Of a DNA stretch of 64,000 nucleotides, positions 29,919 through 39,684 are shown one piece after another. Under the pieces are notes generated by a model. It saw only the letters and a list, made by a program, of their open reading frames with translations. It had not been told where the DNA came from and searched no databases. This stretch comes from Candidatus Didemnitutus sp. (GTDB lineage Bacteria > Verrucomicrobiota > Verrucomicrobiia > Opitutales > Opitutaceae). Positions within the stretch are counted from its first letter, which is position 1. The number at the start of each line of letters is the position of its first letter. The position numbers were made by a program, and so were the translations under genes. Where the stretch lies: NCBI GenBank assembly GCA_017991595.1, contig JAGOQJ010000001.1, positions 604,410-668,409 on the forward strand, read 5' to 3'.

Positions 29919-30422
29919 TCAGTGTGGGAGCATGGCGCCCCAGGCGCTGAGCTGTTGCTCGGCTTCCGCGAGATCGCCGCGGAGACGGGCGAGGATGTCC
30001 TGCACGTTTTGGATGCGGTTGGTGACGGTGAGCGAAGTGCCGGCTCCTTGGCGCTCGCGCGTCTGCAGGTCGCGTTCGAGCGTGGCGGACATCTGGGCGA
30101 TCTCGCCCAGGATGCGCGTGCGGCGCGCCTGCCAGCCGAGGATCTCGGCGGCGCGCACCGTGAGACCGTGCACCTGCCGGCGCATCGCGGCGGCGCGATC
30201 GGCGGAGGAGGCGAGTCCCTGGTCCATGCCCGCGAGTTGCAGTTCTTGGATCGCGGTGTCGAACGCGCTGAGTTCGGCCGGCGAAAAACGGCTGCCGAGC
30301 TCCGCGCGGAACGCCGCAAACTCCGGCTCGTCGCCGGCGCGGACCGGCGTGTCCGGCAGCGCGGGGCGGGCGCAGCTGCAAAGACCGACGAGGCAGAGCA
30401 GGGCGAATACGTGACGCGTCAT
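29919..30422 (-). CDS. Lipoprotein, hypothetical
   Basis: Lipobox LVGLCSCA; coiled-coil-rich. Confidence 0.4.
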   Translation of the reverse strand: MTRHVFALLCLVGLCSCARPALPDTPVRAGDEPEFAAFRAELGSRFSPAELSAFDTAIQELQLAGMDQGLASSADRAAAMRRQVHGLTVRAAEILGWQARRTRILGEIAQMSATLERDLQTRERQGAGTSLTVTNRIQNVQDILARLRGDLAEAEQQLSAWGAMLPH

Positions 30423-30625
30423 GTGCTGAGCTTGGGCGGAAAACGGGAACGAGAAAAGCGCCGATGCGGGGCGTCAGCGGTTTGATGGGCGCGCGATGCC
30501 GCATTCTCACGCGGTCTCCGTTTGTTCGCCAATGTGTGCATGGGCAAAGCAGCGCTTGCGTCACATTTGGCGATGGGATTGTAATATAATATTCCGACGG
30601 GTTCACATATCATTTCGGACGCACT

Positions 30626-31213
30626 ATGATTACGACGCTGGCACTCATCGACCAAGTGGGCGGATGGTGGAACGAACTCACCCTCGCCAAGCAGCTCTTC
30701 TACGGGCTCGGCTTGATGGCCGGCATGATCTCGCTGGTGCTGGCCGTGTTCGCCATGCTGGGCATGGAGCATGCCGAAGCGGCCGATGCGCTGGAGGCGG
30801 CGGGCGCGGGCGGCGGCATTTTCTCCATCAAGCCGCTGACGGGCTTCTTTCTCGGCTTCGGCTGGGCCGGCGGGCTGGCGCTCGACGGCGGGGCGAGTCT
30901 TGGCGTCGCGCTGTTGATCGCCTTCGCGGCCGGCACGGCGGTGACCGCCGTAATCGTTGCCCTGATCCGTGCCATCTATTCCCTGAAGAGCGACGGAACC
31001 GTGCGGATCGAGCGAGCGCTCGGCGCCGTGGGCACCGTCTATGTGACCGTGCCGCCGCGCAAGGCCGTGGGCGGCCAAGTCGTGGTGACCTTCAGCGGCC
31101 GGCAGGAGACGCTGTCCGCGCTCAGCGAGTCCGAGCAACCGCTGGCTAGCGGCGACAAGGTCAAGGTGGTGGCCGTCGTGGACAGCCGCACCGTGCTCGT
31201 CGCCGCGCTCTGA
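30626..31213 (+). CDS. NfeD-like (YqiJ-type) membrane protein
   Basis: N-terminal TM helices plus a C-terminal OB-fold-like beta domain; immediately upstream of a flotillin gene (conserved pairing). Confidence 0.6.
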   Translation: MITTLALIDQVGGWWNELTLAKQLFYGLGLMAGMISLVLAVFAMLGMEHAEAADALEAAGAGGGIFSIKPLTGFFLGFGWAGGLALDGGASLGVALLIAFAAGTAVTAVIVALIRAIYSLKSDGTVRIERALGAVGTVYVTVPPRKAVGGQVVVTFSGRQETLSALSESEQPLASGDKVKVVAVVDSRTVLVAAL

Positions 31214-31259
31214 GCGCCGCTCCCTTTCGGGCCATCCCTCCGCACAGACATATCCTCCC

Positions 31260-32741
31260 ATGATCCAAATCATCGCCGGTTCATTCATTGTCGTATTCTT
31301 CCTGATCGTCCTGATCACGCTGATCTCGCGTTATCGGATGTGCCCGCCCGACCGGATATTGGTCGTCTACGGCAAACTGGCCGAGGGACAGTCGTCCAAG
31401 TGCTACCACGGTGGCTCGACTTTCGTGATGCCGTTCTTCCAGAGCTACGGCTACCTCGACCTGACGCCGATCAACATCGAGATCGAGCTGCGTGGCGCGC
31501 TCTCCAGCCAGAACATCCGCATCGATGCGCCCGCCTCGTTCACCATCGGCATCTCGACCGAGCCCGAGGTCATGCAGAACGCGGCCACGCGTCTCCTCGG
31601 ACGCACGCTCGATGAAATCCAGCAGCTCGCCTCCGAAATCATCATGGGCCAGATGCGCGTCGTCTTTGCCTCCATGTCGATCGAGGAGATCAACACCGAC
31701 CGCGAGAAACTCATCGCGCTCATCACCAAGGGCGTCGAGGTCGAGCTCCACAAGGTCGGCCTGCGCATGATCAACGGCAACATCCGCGATATCAAGGACC
31801 ACTCCGGCTACATTGACGCGCTCGGCAAGGAAGCTGCCGCCAAGGCCATCAACGACGCGCAAATCCGCGTCGCCCAGGAGAACCAGCGCGGTGCCGTCGG
31901 CAAGGCCGAGGCCGAGCGCGAGCAGGCCATCCGCGTCGCCACCGCCCAAGCCGAGGCGCGCAAGGGCGAGAACACCGCCCAAGTGGTCATCGCCAAGTCC
32001 AACGCCGACCTCGCCATGGAGCAGGCCGAGGCCAAGCGCCGCACCGAGGCCGCCCAGAAGGTCGCCGAGGCCCGCGCGCTGCAGGAATCCTACAAGGCCC
32101 AGCAGGAAGCCGAACTCGCCCGCGCGGCCCGCGAAAAGGCCCAGCAACAGGCCGACCAGATCGTGAAGGCCGAGATCGACAAGGAGCGCATCCGCATCGA
32201 ATCCGAGGCCAAGGCCGCCCAAGCCAAGATCCTTCAGGAAGGTCAGGCCGCCGCCTACGTCATCCAGAAGGATGCCGAGGCCGAGGGCATCAAGCGCGTC
32301 GCCGAAGGCGAGGCGACCGGCATCCGCGTGAAACTCGGCGCCGAGGCCAGCGGCATCCAGGCCAAGCTCACCGCTGAGGCCGAGGGCACGCGCGCCCTGC
32401 TCGACGCCAAGGCGCAGGGTTTCGAAAAACTCCTCAAGGTCGCCGACGATACCTCCGGCGCCACCCAGTTGCTCATCGCCGAGAATATCGTGCGCATCGC
32501 CGAGATCCAGGCGGGCGCGATCAAGGGCCTGCAGTTCGAGAAGGTCGTCGTCATGGGCGGCGGCGCCCAAGGCGGAGCCGGCCCCGGCCAATTCGTGCAG
32601 GATCTCTACAAGGGTGTCCTGCCGATCAACGAACTCGCCAAGAGCGTGGGGTTGAATCTGCCGGCCTTCCTCGGCCAGGCGCAGCCTGAAGGGGCGAACC
32701 CCGGCAAGCCCGAAGCCCCGAAGCCCGACGCCAAGACCTGA
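31260..32741 (+). CDS. Flotillin-like SPFH/band-7 protein (YqiK/FloA type)
   Basis: N-terminal TM helix, SPFH domain, long EA-rich coiled coil (AEAEREQAIRVATAQAEARK...). Confidence 0.85.
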   Translation: MIQIIAGSFIVVFFLIVLITLISRYRMCPPDRILVVYGKLAEGQSSKCYHGGSTFVMPFFQSYGYLDLTPINIEIELRGALSSQNIRIDAPASFTIGISTEPEVMQNAATRLLGRTLDEIQQLASEIIMGQMRVVFASMSIEEINTDREKLIALITKGVEVELHKVGLRMINGNIRDIKDHSGYIDALGKEAAAKAINDAQIRVAQENQRGAVGKAEAEREQAIRVATAQAEARKGENTAQVVIAKSNADLAMEQAEAKRRTEAAQKVAEARALQESYKAQQEAELARAAREKAQQQADQIVKAEIDKERIRIESEAKAAQAKILQEGQAAAYVIQKDAEAEGIKRVAEGEATGIRVKLGAEASGIQAKLTAEAEGTRALLDAKAQGFEKLLKVADDTSGATQLLIAENIVRIAEIQAGAIKGLQFEKVVVMGGGAQGGAGPGQFVQDLYKGVLPINELAKSVGLNLPAFLGQAQPEGANPGKPEAPKPDAKT

Positions 32742-32995
32742 CGCTCCCGCAGGCTATTCGAGACTGTTTTCCGGCGCAATCGACGTAGGTCGGTTGCGCC
32801 TCTTGCTTGCCCGGGCATCGCCCCGGCTGGGTCGCGCATCGCAGGCGCGGTCGCTTGCGCCGTCTGCTCGGTTGCGGGCGCGTCGTGCTCGCGGTTGACC
32901 TATGCGCCCGATTCGTCAGGCTCCGCGCGTCTCATCCACGTCAACTCCGGCGGTGCTGTCCGCGTTGCGCCGCCGGGCAAAAGGAGATTACCCCC

Positions 32996-33544
32996 ATGCT
33001 CAGCCTCTGGCTTCCGATCCTGTTGTCCGCCGTGTTCGTGTTTGTCCTCAGTGGCATCATCCACATGGCGTTGCCCTGGCACAAAAACGATTTCCAGAAA
33101 CTGCCCGACGAGGACAAGGTCCGCGCCGCGCTCCGTCCCTTCGACGTGCCGCCGGGTGACTACATGACGCCGATGTGCGAGGGCGGAAACTACAACGACC
33201 CCGCGTTCAAGGCGAAGCTCGACGAGGGGCCGAACTGGCTCGTGACCGTCCTGCCGAAGGGCAATTGCTCGATGGGCCCGACGTTCGTGCAATGGTTCGT
33301 GTTCCTGCTGGTGGTGAATTTCTTCGTCGCCTACGTCGCGACGCATTCGGTCGCCGCCGGCACGCATTACCTCGGCGTGTTCCGCGTCGTGGGTGCGGTG
33401 ACGTTCCTCGCTTACGCCGCGGCCCAGTGGCCGCAGTCGATCTGGATGCGCCGGAAGTGGTCCACGACGGTGAAATGCACGATCGACGGCCTCGCCTACG
33501 CGCTCGTCACCGCCGGCACCTTTGCGTGGCTCTGGCCGCGTTGA
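32996..33544 (+). CDS. Hypothetical membrane protein
   Basis: MLSLWLPILLSAVFVFVLSGIIHMALPW... with three or four TM helices. The track ORF starting at 32807 has a spurious Arg-rich N-terminus. Confidence 0.4.
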   Translation: MLSLWLPILLSAVFVFVLSGIIHMALPWHKNDFQKLPDEDKVRAALRPFDVPPGDYMTPMCEGGNYNDPAFKAKLDEGPNWLVTVLPKGNCSMGPTFVQWFVFLLVVNFFVAYVATHSVAAGTHYLGVFRVVGAVTFLAYAAAQWPQSIWMRRKWSTTVKCTIDGLAYALVTAGTFAWLWPR

Positions 33545-33707
33545 GCGGCGCGAGGTTCCGCATCGCCCGTCACGCATCGCCCGTCACGTAACGCACCGCA
33601 CACTGAACAGCCGGGCTTCTGCTCGCGCAGGCCGCGTGGTCTGTGTGCTGTTGTTCGAGCGGTGCGACCTCAGTCGGTCCGGCCAATTGGCTCGCCGCGG
33701 TCGCGGC

Positions 33708-34414
33708 TCAATCGCTGCGATCGGCGAGACAGGAGTTGGGGAAGGCGGCTTGGTGACGGAGCCAGGCGGTGAGGCAGAAGCTGTTGGTCAGCGCCTCGTG
33801 CAGGGCGGAGCCGAAATCGTAGGAGCGCTCGTCGTAGCCGGCGGCTTCCATCGCTTCGTCGACGCCCATCATCACTGCGAACATGCGGGCGCGAAGAGCG
33901 GGGATGTAAACCTTGGTGATGTCGATGGAAGGATCGGCAAGGTGGGCGGCGCAGACGGCGGCGTCGCTGGTGTGGTGCGCACGACAGGGCTGGGGACGGC
34001 CTTCGTAGATCGAACAGGCCCCGTCCTGCAGGAGCGCGCAGGGTTGGCGGCTGGCGTCGCGCTCGCCCGGGGCGAAGGCCGCGATGCGGGCCCGGTGGGC
34101 GGCGAGCCGCGCAATGACTTGCTCCAAGGCCTCGGGCGCGAAGTGGGTGAGGAGATGATCGGCCGCGAAGAGCACTTCGTGGGCCTGCACGTCGACCGGC
34201 ACACGGCAGCAGGAGTCGCAGCCGGAGCGGCAGGCGACGGCGGCGCGGACGGACGGCGGGCTTTCGGCGAAGGTGCGATCGAGCTCATCCATGCTCCAGC
34301 GGAGCGCGGCCATCAATTGATGGGGCGAACGCATGCGCTGCAACCGCTGGGTCAGCTGCGCGATGGTGTGGTCGAAGGATTCGAACCGTCGGGCAACTGG
34401 GAAGTGGGAAGGCA
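33708..34414 (-). CDS. YkgJ-family cysteine-cluster protein (putative Fe-S/zinc-binding, PF03692-like)
   Basis: CRSGCDSCCR motif plus additional Cys pairs. Confidence 0.55.
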
Positions 34415-34818
34415 TGGGGCGTGGAGCCTCGCAATCGCCGGGCGGATTGCGATGCAATTACCGGAGACCTGCGGGCGGCATCAGCGGCAGGGACCACGAA
34501 CGAAAGACACGGCGCGCCCGGACAGTCCATGCGGCCCCGCGGATCGCGGATCGTGCGATTTTCGCGCAGGGCCGGGTGGCGATCGCGCCCGCGAATTACT
34601 TTCGGTCAAGCGGCTGCATGTCTTCGTGGGGGCCGCGCCTTTGGGCCGGCTGTCTCCATGCTGATAGGGTGCAAAGCTGCGCTCCGAACTTTAGGCGGGT
34701 GATGCGGTGGGCGATGCAGGAGAACCGAGGGAGCTTGTCTGGTGTTGCGCTTCTGCGCCGAGACCCATCTGTGTTCAGCCATGTCAATCCGTGGCATCCG
34801 TGAATCTCAAACGCAGCC

Positions 34819-35370
34819 GTGTCCTTGAAACCTCTCGCCGAACTCTGCCTCGCCTGCGGGATGTGCTGTGACGGCACGCTCTTCGACGGCGTCCAACTCG
34901 AGCCGGGCGACGATGCGCGGCACTTGCAGGCGTTGGGGTTGCCCGTGGTGGTTTTCCGCGCGCGGAATCCCATCGCGCGCTTCGCCCAGCCTTGCGCCGC
35001 CTTGTGTGCCGATCGCGCCTGCCGGCTCTACGCCGACCGGCCGCGGCAATGTCGCATCTTCGAGTGCGGCGTGTTCAAGAAGGCCAAGGCCGGTGCGATC
35101 GATCAGGCGGTCGCGTTGCGAATGGTGAAAAAGGGTCGGCGCCTCGCCGACCGGGTGCGGCGGCTCCTGCGCCGTCTGGGCGACAACGAGGAGGATTGCT
35201 CGCTCGGCGAACGCTTCCACCGCATGCAATGCCGCATGGAGGCGGAAAATCCCGGTGCCGCCGCCTTGGCCACCTTCGCCGATCTCAGCCTAGCGGTGCA
35301 CCGGTTGAAGCTGCTCGTGCAGGAGGAATTCTACACCCGTCCCGAAGGACAAGGCGACCCGGCATCGTAG
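34819..35370 (+). CDS. YkgJ-family cysteine-cluster protein (paralog)
   Basis: CLACGMCCDGTLF motif; GTG start. Confidence 0.55.
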   Translation: MSLKPLAELCLACGMCCDGTLFDGVQLEPGDDARHLQALGLPVVVFRARNPIARFAQPCAALCADRACRLYADRPRQCRIFECGVFKKAKAGAIDQAVALRMVKKGRRLADRVRRLLRRLGDNEEDCSLGERFHRMQCRMEAENPGAAALATFADLSLAVHRLKLLVQEEFYTRPEGQGDPAS

Positions 35371-35705
35371 CACGCGTGCGGCGGCGGGCCGATTCCCGGG
35401 CCGTCGCGAAACAGCCGCAGCGTCCTCCGTGACTGAGCACGCGGGCGAATGCCGCGTGGCTCCGATCGCAAAGGGGCACTGGATCGGGGCAGGCGTGGCG
35501 GTGCGCGCAATATCACTCGAACGTGGGGTTGTTGCCTGCGGCGGAGTTCGGTAATCTCAGCGCACTCGGGCGAGCAAATCTGCCGCTCCTCGAGGCCCGC
35601 CTGATCGCTCCTTTGCCGGTGTCGATTATGGCGCCGGCACCCAACCCCAGCCCCAACCTGCCACGTGACCGTGATGGTAATCCACCGCCAACCCCATAAA
35701 CCCCG

Positions 35706-35993
35706 ATGAAAAACTACCTCCCCCGTTCGTTGATCGCCGCTGCGTTTGCCCTGCTGTTCGCCAGCCCGTTGCTGGCGGAGAAGAATGCCTGGACGCTCAG
35801 TTTCCCGGAGACCAAGCCCCGCTTCGTCAAGGTGCAGATGGAGTGGGCGAAGAAGGATCCCTATTGGAAGCCGACCAAGGAGGAGTTGGAGAAAAAGTTC
35901 GACCAACTCGACACCGACAAGGACGGCAAGCTGAGCGAGGAGGAGTGGAACAACCGCGACGGCCAGAAGCCCAAGAAGAAGAAAAAGAGCTGA
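35706..35993 (+). CDS. Secreted EF-hand calcium-binding protein
   Basis: Signal peptide; canonical EF-hand loop DTDKDGKLSEEE; Lys-rich tail. Confidence 0.6.
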   Translation: MKNYLPRSLIAAAFALLFASPLLAEKNAWTLSFPETKPRFVKVQMEWAKKDPYWKPTKEELEKKFDQLDTDKDGKLSEEEWNNRDGQKPKKKKKS

Positions 35994-36060
35994 GCCGCGC
36001 CGCCAGCGCTACCTTTGCCCGGCCGCCTCACGTCGAGGCGGTCTTTTTGTGTGCGGGTGC

Positions 36061-36537
36061 CTACTGTTGTTCGGCCAAGAGGCGGTGCAAACGGCGGGCG
36101 AACAGCGCAGCCGCGGTCGCGATGCCGCCGACAATCAAGGCAACGAGCGCGCTCATGAAAATCCCCGCCGGGCGGTCTTCTCCGTCGCCGCCTGCGACGA
36201 TGAAGACGACCCCGCCGGCCACGAAGCCAAGGACGATCAGCGCGCAGCGTTGGATGCTGCGCAGCGCTGCCACGGTCGCGCTTGAGAAGGAGCCACTACG
36301 CCGCACCTCGCCGAATAGCGTGAAGGCTCGTTGCAGCGCCACGAAGAAAGGGATCGAGCCGATATACACATAGGCTAGGAACGGGTCGTGGAAATAAATC
36401 GCGAAGGTCGTGGCGTGGGCGTTTCGCCCTTCCAGATGCGGTTCCCATAGCAGCAGGCCTAGCGTTGCAAGGCCCAGCAGCACGACGACAATCTGCGCGA
36501 GCAGGGCGGAGCCGCTTTTCATGCCGGGTGTTTTCAT
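36061..36537 (-). CDS. DUF2975 family membrane protein
   Basis: Four TM helices with the characteristic topology. Confidence 0.5.
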   Translation of the reverse strand: MKTPGMKSGSALLAQIVVVLLGLATLGLLLWEPHLEGRNAHATTFAIYFHDPFLAYVYIGSIPFFVALQRAFTLFGEVRRSGSFSSATVAALRSIQRCALIVLGFVAGGVVFIVAGGDGEDRPAGIFMSALVALIVGGIATAAALFARRLHRLLAEQQ

Positions 36538-36623
36538 GACGCTGAGCCTAGCCCGATTGAATGAAACGCGGATGAAGCGCCGATGCGTTCTGCGTGAAAA
36601 CCTTGCGACCGCTTCTCTGTAAT

Positions 36624-36646
36624 GGGGTCAGGCCGCTTTTCGCTGC
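36624..36646. repeat. REP element (GGGGTCAGGCCGCTTTTCGCTGC), left copy flanking the RAYT gene
   Basis: The 23-mer recurs in inverted orientation at 37611-37633 and again at 38794-38816, 39049-39071, 39172-39194. Confidence 0.8.
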
Positions 36647-37566
36647 TATTGAGCTGATTCCCGCTGGCAGAGGTAGCTACGGACGCTTGAGGCGGCGCCG
36701 AGTTGCAGGCGCTCGGCCAGCCAGACGACAGGGGCGCCGCTTTGTGCGCGCACCTTGGCCGCGAGGGTGAGTTTCCAAGGCTGTTTCATCGGCTTGGTGG
36801 CGAGATCAGCCTCCGTGCGCTTCATCTCGACCAGCTGTTCGGTCAGAGCGGCTTCCCAGCGGCTCTCCCGCAGTTCGCGCACGTTGGCCCGCTCCATCCC
36901 TGCGGTGAGCGTGAGTCGACCGAACTCCCGGGCGAGCGCTTGCCGCCAGCCAGTCGTGCCGATGGCCCAGCCACGGGAAAGATCCTTCAAGCCACGTGCC
37001 TCCCAGCCGGCCTCGTCGCCGCCGGCCGTGATCAGGTGACGCTCGTAGGCGAGACGCCCGGCGAGGTCTGCCGTAAAACGCCCGCCCGCCTGCCAACCCG
37101 CGTCATCGATCCAACTCGGGCCCTTGAGCAGGTCGGGCAAGCTGGTCCAGCGGTAGTGGCGCACCTGCTCCGGCGGCACGATCTTGGCGCGGACCGGGTT
37201 GAGGTGGATGTAGTCGACGACCCGACCGAGGGACGCCGCATCCTCGATGAGGACGGATTGATAGCGGCCTTGGAACAGGTGCCCGCGCTCCTGCCGGAAG
37301 CGGTTGAAGCGCGTGGCCCACGTGGTCTGCAACCAGTGCATGCCCTCGACGAGATTCGGCTCCGGAGTCTCGAGCGCGAGGTGGTAATGGTTGCGCATGA
37401 GAGCGTAGGCGTGGACGCGCCAGCCCATGAGGGACTGGACTTCGCGGAGCGCTGCTAGAAACGCCTGCGCCTCGGCCGGCGAGAGGAAGAGATCGCGCCG
37501 GTAATTGCCGCGGTTGATGACGTGGTAGATCGCCCCTGGGAATTGGATCCGGAGCTTGCGAGCCAT
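36646..37566 (-). CDS. REP-associated tyrosine transposase (RAYT; IS200/IS605-like Y1 HUH transposase)
   Basis: IYHVINRGN block and HUH motif HYHLAL; flanked by inverted REPs. Confidence 0.8.
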   Translation of the reverse strand: MARKLRIQFPGAIYHVINRGNYRRDLFLSPAEAQAFLAALREVQSLMGWRVHAYALMRNHYHLALETPEPNLVEGMHWLQTTWATRFNRFRQERGHLFQGRYQSVLIEDAASLGRVVDYIHLNPVRAKIVPPEQVRHYRWTSLPDLLKGPSWIDDAGWQAGGRFTADLAGRLAYERHLITAGGDEAGWEARGLKDLSRGWAIGTTGWRQALAREFGRLTLTAGMERANVRELRESRWEAALTEQLVEMKRTEADLATKPMKQPWKLTLAAKVRAQSGAPVVWLAERLQLGAASSVRSYLCQRESAQ

Positions 37567-37610
37567 GGGGCGGAGGGTGCGGGCGAATCAGTCAGGGATC
37601 GAGGTCAAAA

Positions 37611-37633
37611 GCAGCGAAAAGCGGCCTGACCCC
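37611..37633. repeat. REP element, right copy (inverted)
   Basis: Reverse complement of the 36624-36646 23-mer. Confidence 0.8.
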
Positions 37634-37664
37634 GTCGGATTGGCCCCATCGGTTTGCCCCGTGG

Positions 37665-38567
37665 TTAGGGCTTCAGCGCAAGCGTGCGGGTAGGCGTGTT
37701 GCCGTGCCCGAGAACCTCGATGCGGTCTGGGTATAGTTCGAGAATCGCATACGACGCGATGTCCGCAGTTTCCACGAGACCGCTCACGGTCAGGTAATGG
37801 ACGCCGCCGACTTCCTCGTAACCGCCCCGGTGGTTGTGCCCGTTGATATAGGCTTTGACGCAGGGGTGCTGGGCAAGAAACGAGACGATCTCCTCCGTGT
37901 TGATCGCGATGTGCGGACCGAGCGGACGGGCCGGCGTGTGGGCGAAGATTACGACCCTTTTCCCTTCGGTCTCGCTGCGCTCAAGCAGGCTTGTCAGCCA
38001 GGCGAACTGGGCCTTGTCGATGCCTCCGTTCCAGCTCTTGGCATAGCTTGCTTTCGCATCTATGGCCGCCTTCATCGCAGCCGCTGCTTCGCTTTTGAGT
38101 GGCTCTTGTTTGGGTTTGAAATAGGCGCCGAGCGTGTTGCTGTCCGCGGCGACGAAACGCCAGTTCCCTCGATCAAAGGAATAGTAGGAAGGCGATTTCA
38201 GTCCGAGCGCCTTTCGGATCTTTTCGACGTTTTCTTCGGTGTCGGCAAAGTCGTGGTTGCCCATGACATGATACTTTTTCAGCGGAAAGCGCTCGAGTTC
38301 TTTGAGAGGCGCCTGGACATTCCGGTAACCTCCGTCGACCAGATCTCCGAGATGGATCAGGAAATCTAGCGGCTCCCTCTGTGTCTCTATGCGGATCTGC
38401 TCGAGTTTTTTGATGCTGTTTCTGTAAAAGCGGGTGCCGTGCGCGTCCTTGTCCGCGTATTGGATATCCGCGATAGCCAGAATGCGAACGTCGGGGGCCG
38501 CGTGTAGCGTTAGGCTGGCGAGAAGGACGGATAGCAACGCCATGATCCTGAGGGGGCCGTTTGTCAT
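37665..38567 (-). CDS. Secreted metallophosphoesterase (calcineurin-like phosphoesterase)
   Basis: Signal peptide MALLSVLLASLTLHA; metallophosphatase motifs GDLVDGG, GNHD and GHNH; GC noticeably lower than surroundings. Confidence 0.7.
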   Translation of the reverse strand: MTNGPLRIMALLSVLLASLTLHAAPDVRILAIADIQYADKDAHGTRFYRNSIKKLEQIRIETQREPLDFLIHLGDLVDGGYRNVQAPLKELERFPLKKYHVMGNHDFADTEENVEKIRKALGLKSPSYYSFDRGNWRFVAADSNTLGAYFKPKQEPLKSEAAAAMKAAIDAKASYAKSWNGGIDKAQFAWLTSLLERSETEGKRVVIFAHTPARPLGPHIAINTEEIVSFLAQHPCVKAYINGHNHRGGYEEVGGVHYLTVSGLVETADIASYAILELYPDRIEVLGHGNTPTRTLALKP

Positions 38568-38793
38568 GGATAATATGAGGGTAGCTTTAAAGGAGCCTCC
38601 CCCGTCTCCCCTATGCAAATCAAGGTAGGGTCAATTGTTGACTGTCGCTTCTTTCGGTGGGCATGACGAACGCGGACTTCTGCGTCCGGCCTCATCCGGC
38701 CGGTGTCTGAAAAGTATGTTTTTCGACGAGCGAGCGCTCGCTGTTTATAGGGATGAAATTAACTCAGGACCACCCATTGACCGTCCACAGTAT

Positions 38794-39206
38794 GGGGTCA
38801 GGCCGCTTTTCGCTTTTAGCGAGCTGGCTCTCCCTGGCAGAGGTAGGCGTGGATACGCCAGTCCATGAGGGACTGGGTTTCGCGGGCTGCCGCGAGAAAC
38901 GCCTACGCCTCGGCCGGGGAGAGGAAGAGATCGCGCCGGTAATTACCGCGGTTGATGACGTGGTAGATCGCCCCTGGGAATTGGATCCGGAGCTTGCGAG
39001 CCATGCGGCGGAGGGTGCGGGCGAATCAGTCAGGGATCGAGGTCAAAAGCAGCGAAAAGCGGCCTGACCCCGTCGGATTGGCCGTGGTAGATCGCCCCTG
39101 GGAATTGGATCCGGAGCTTGCGAGCCATGGGGCGGAGGGTGCGGGCGAATCAGTCAGGGATCGAGGTCAAAAGCAGCGAAAAGCGGCCTGACCCCGTCGG
39201 ATTGGC
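38794..39206. mobile_element. Internally deleted RAYT/REP derivative (MITE-like) with tandem duplication of its 123-bp terminal unit
   Basis: 38794-38850 matches the RAYT 3' end/REP (36624-36680); 38850-39083 matches the RAYT 5' end (37405-37645, including the ATG and about 55 N-terminal codons); the unit GTGGTAGATCGCCCCTGGG...GATTGGC is then repeated at 39084-39206. Confidence 0.75.
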
Positions 39207-39519
39207 GTGCAGCTAGCAGCAGGCCGAGGAACGCGCTGAACGTGCGGGTGACCGGACGAGAGCGCGATACCACCGCCAGGCAAACGGTGAGCGCGAGCGT
39301 GCCGAAGGCGCTGACGACCAGACCGAGCGCGGAGAAGATCAGGAAGGAGGCGAGGGCGTTCCCGCCCGGCATGTTCAGCGCGAACAGCGCACTCGCGACC
39401 AACGGCACCGGCAACGGCGAAAGCAGAAGCGCTTTCCAGGAGAAGCCGAAACGCGGCGGCGAGTCAGGCATTGCGGCGAGGAGTGTGCAGGGCCGGAATC
39501 GGCTCACAAGCGCGGTCAC
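39154..39519 (-). pseudogene. Truncated membrane-protein ORF whose last 17 codons come from the repeat unit
   Basis: Three predicted TM helices; the reading frame runs into the tandem repeat (..AARQSDGVRPLFAAFDLDP*), consistent with disruption or fusion by the repeat insertion. Confidence 0.3.
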
Positions 39520-39684
39520 GGCGCCGTTTTGTAGCGCGATCAGCCGGCGCGCGGGATTCTCGCGCGCGTTTGCGGCACGGTTCTCGAGGAAAGACTGCGG
39601 GTCGGAGAGTGGGGCCGTTGCGCGTTGCCTTGCAGCGGCGTCCGGTGGCGAGACAGTAGGCCTCAGCGTCCGCAGAAAATTGCC

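Noticed and set aside
38753-39191. Small + strand ORFs (104 aa, 65 aa) inside the tandem repeat
   Set aside because: They duplicate each other because they are translations of the repeated 123-bp unit, not independent genes.
38960-39206. Possible CRISPR array
   Set aside because: Direct repeats of about 123 bp with no intervening unique spacers, and the repeat is part of the RAYT element terminus; not CRISPR.
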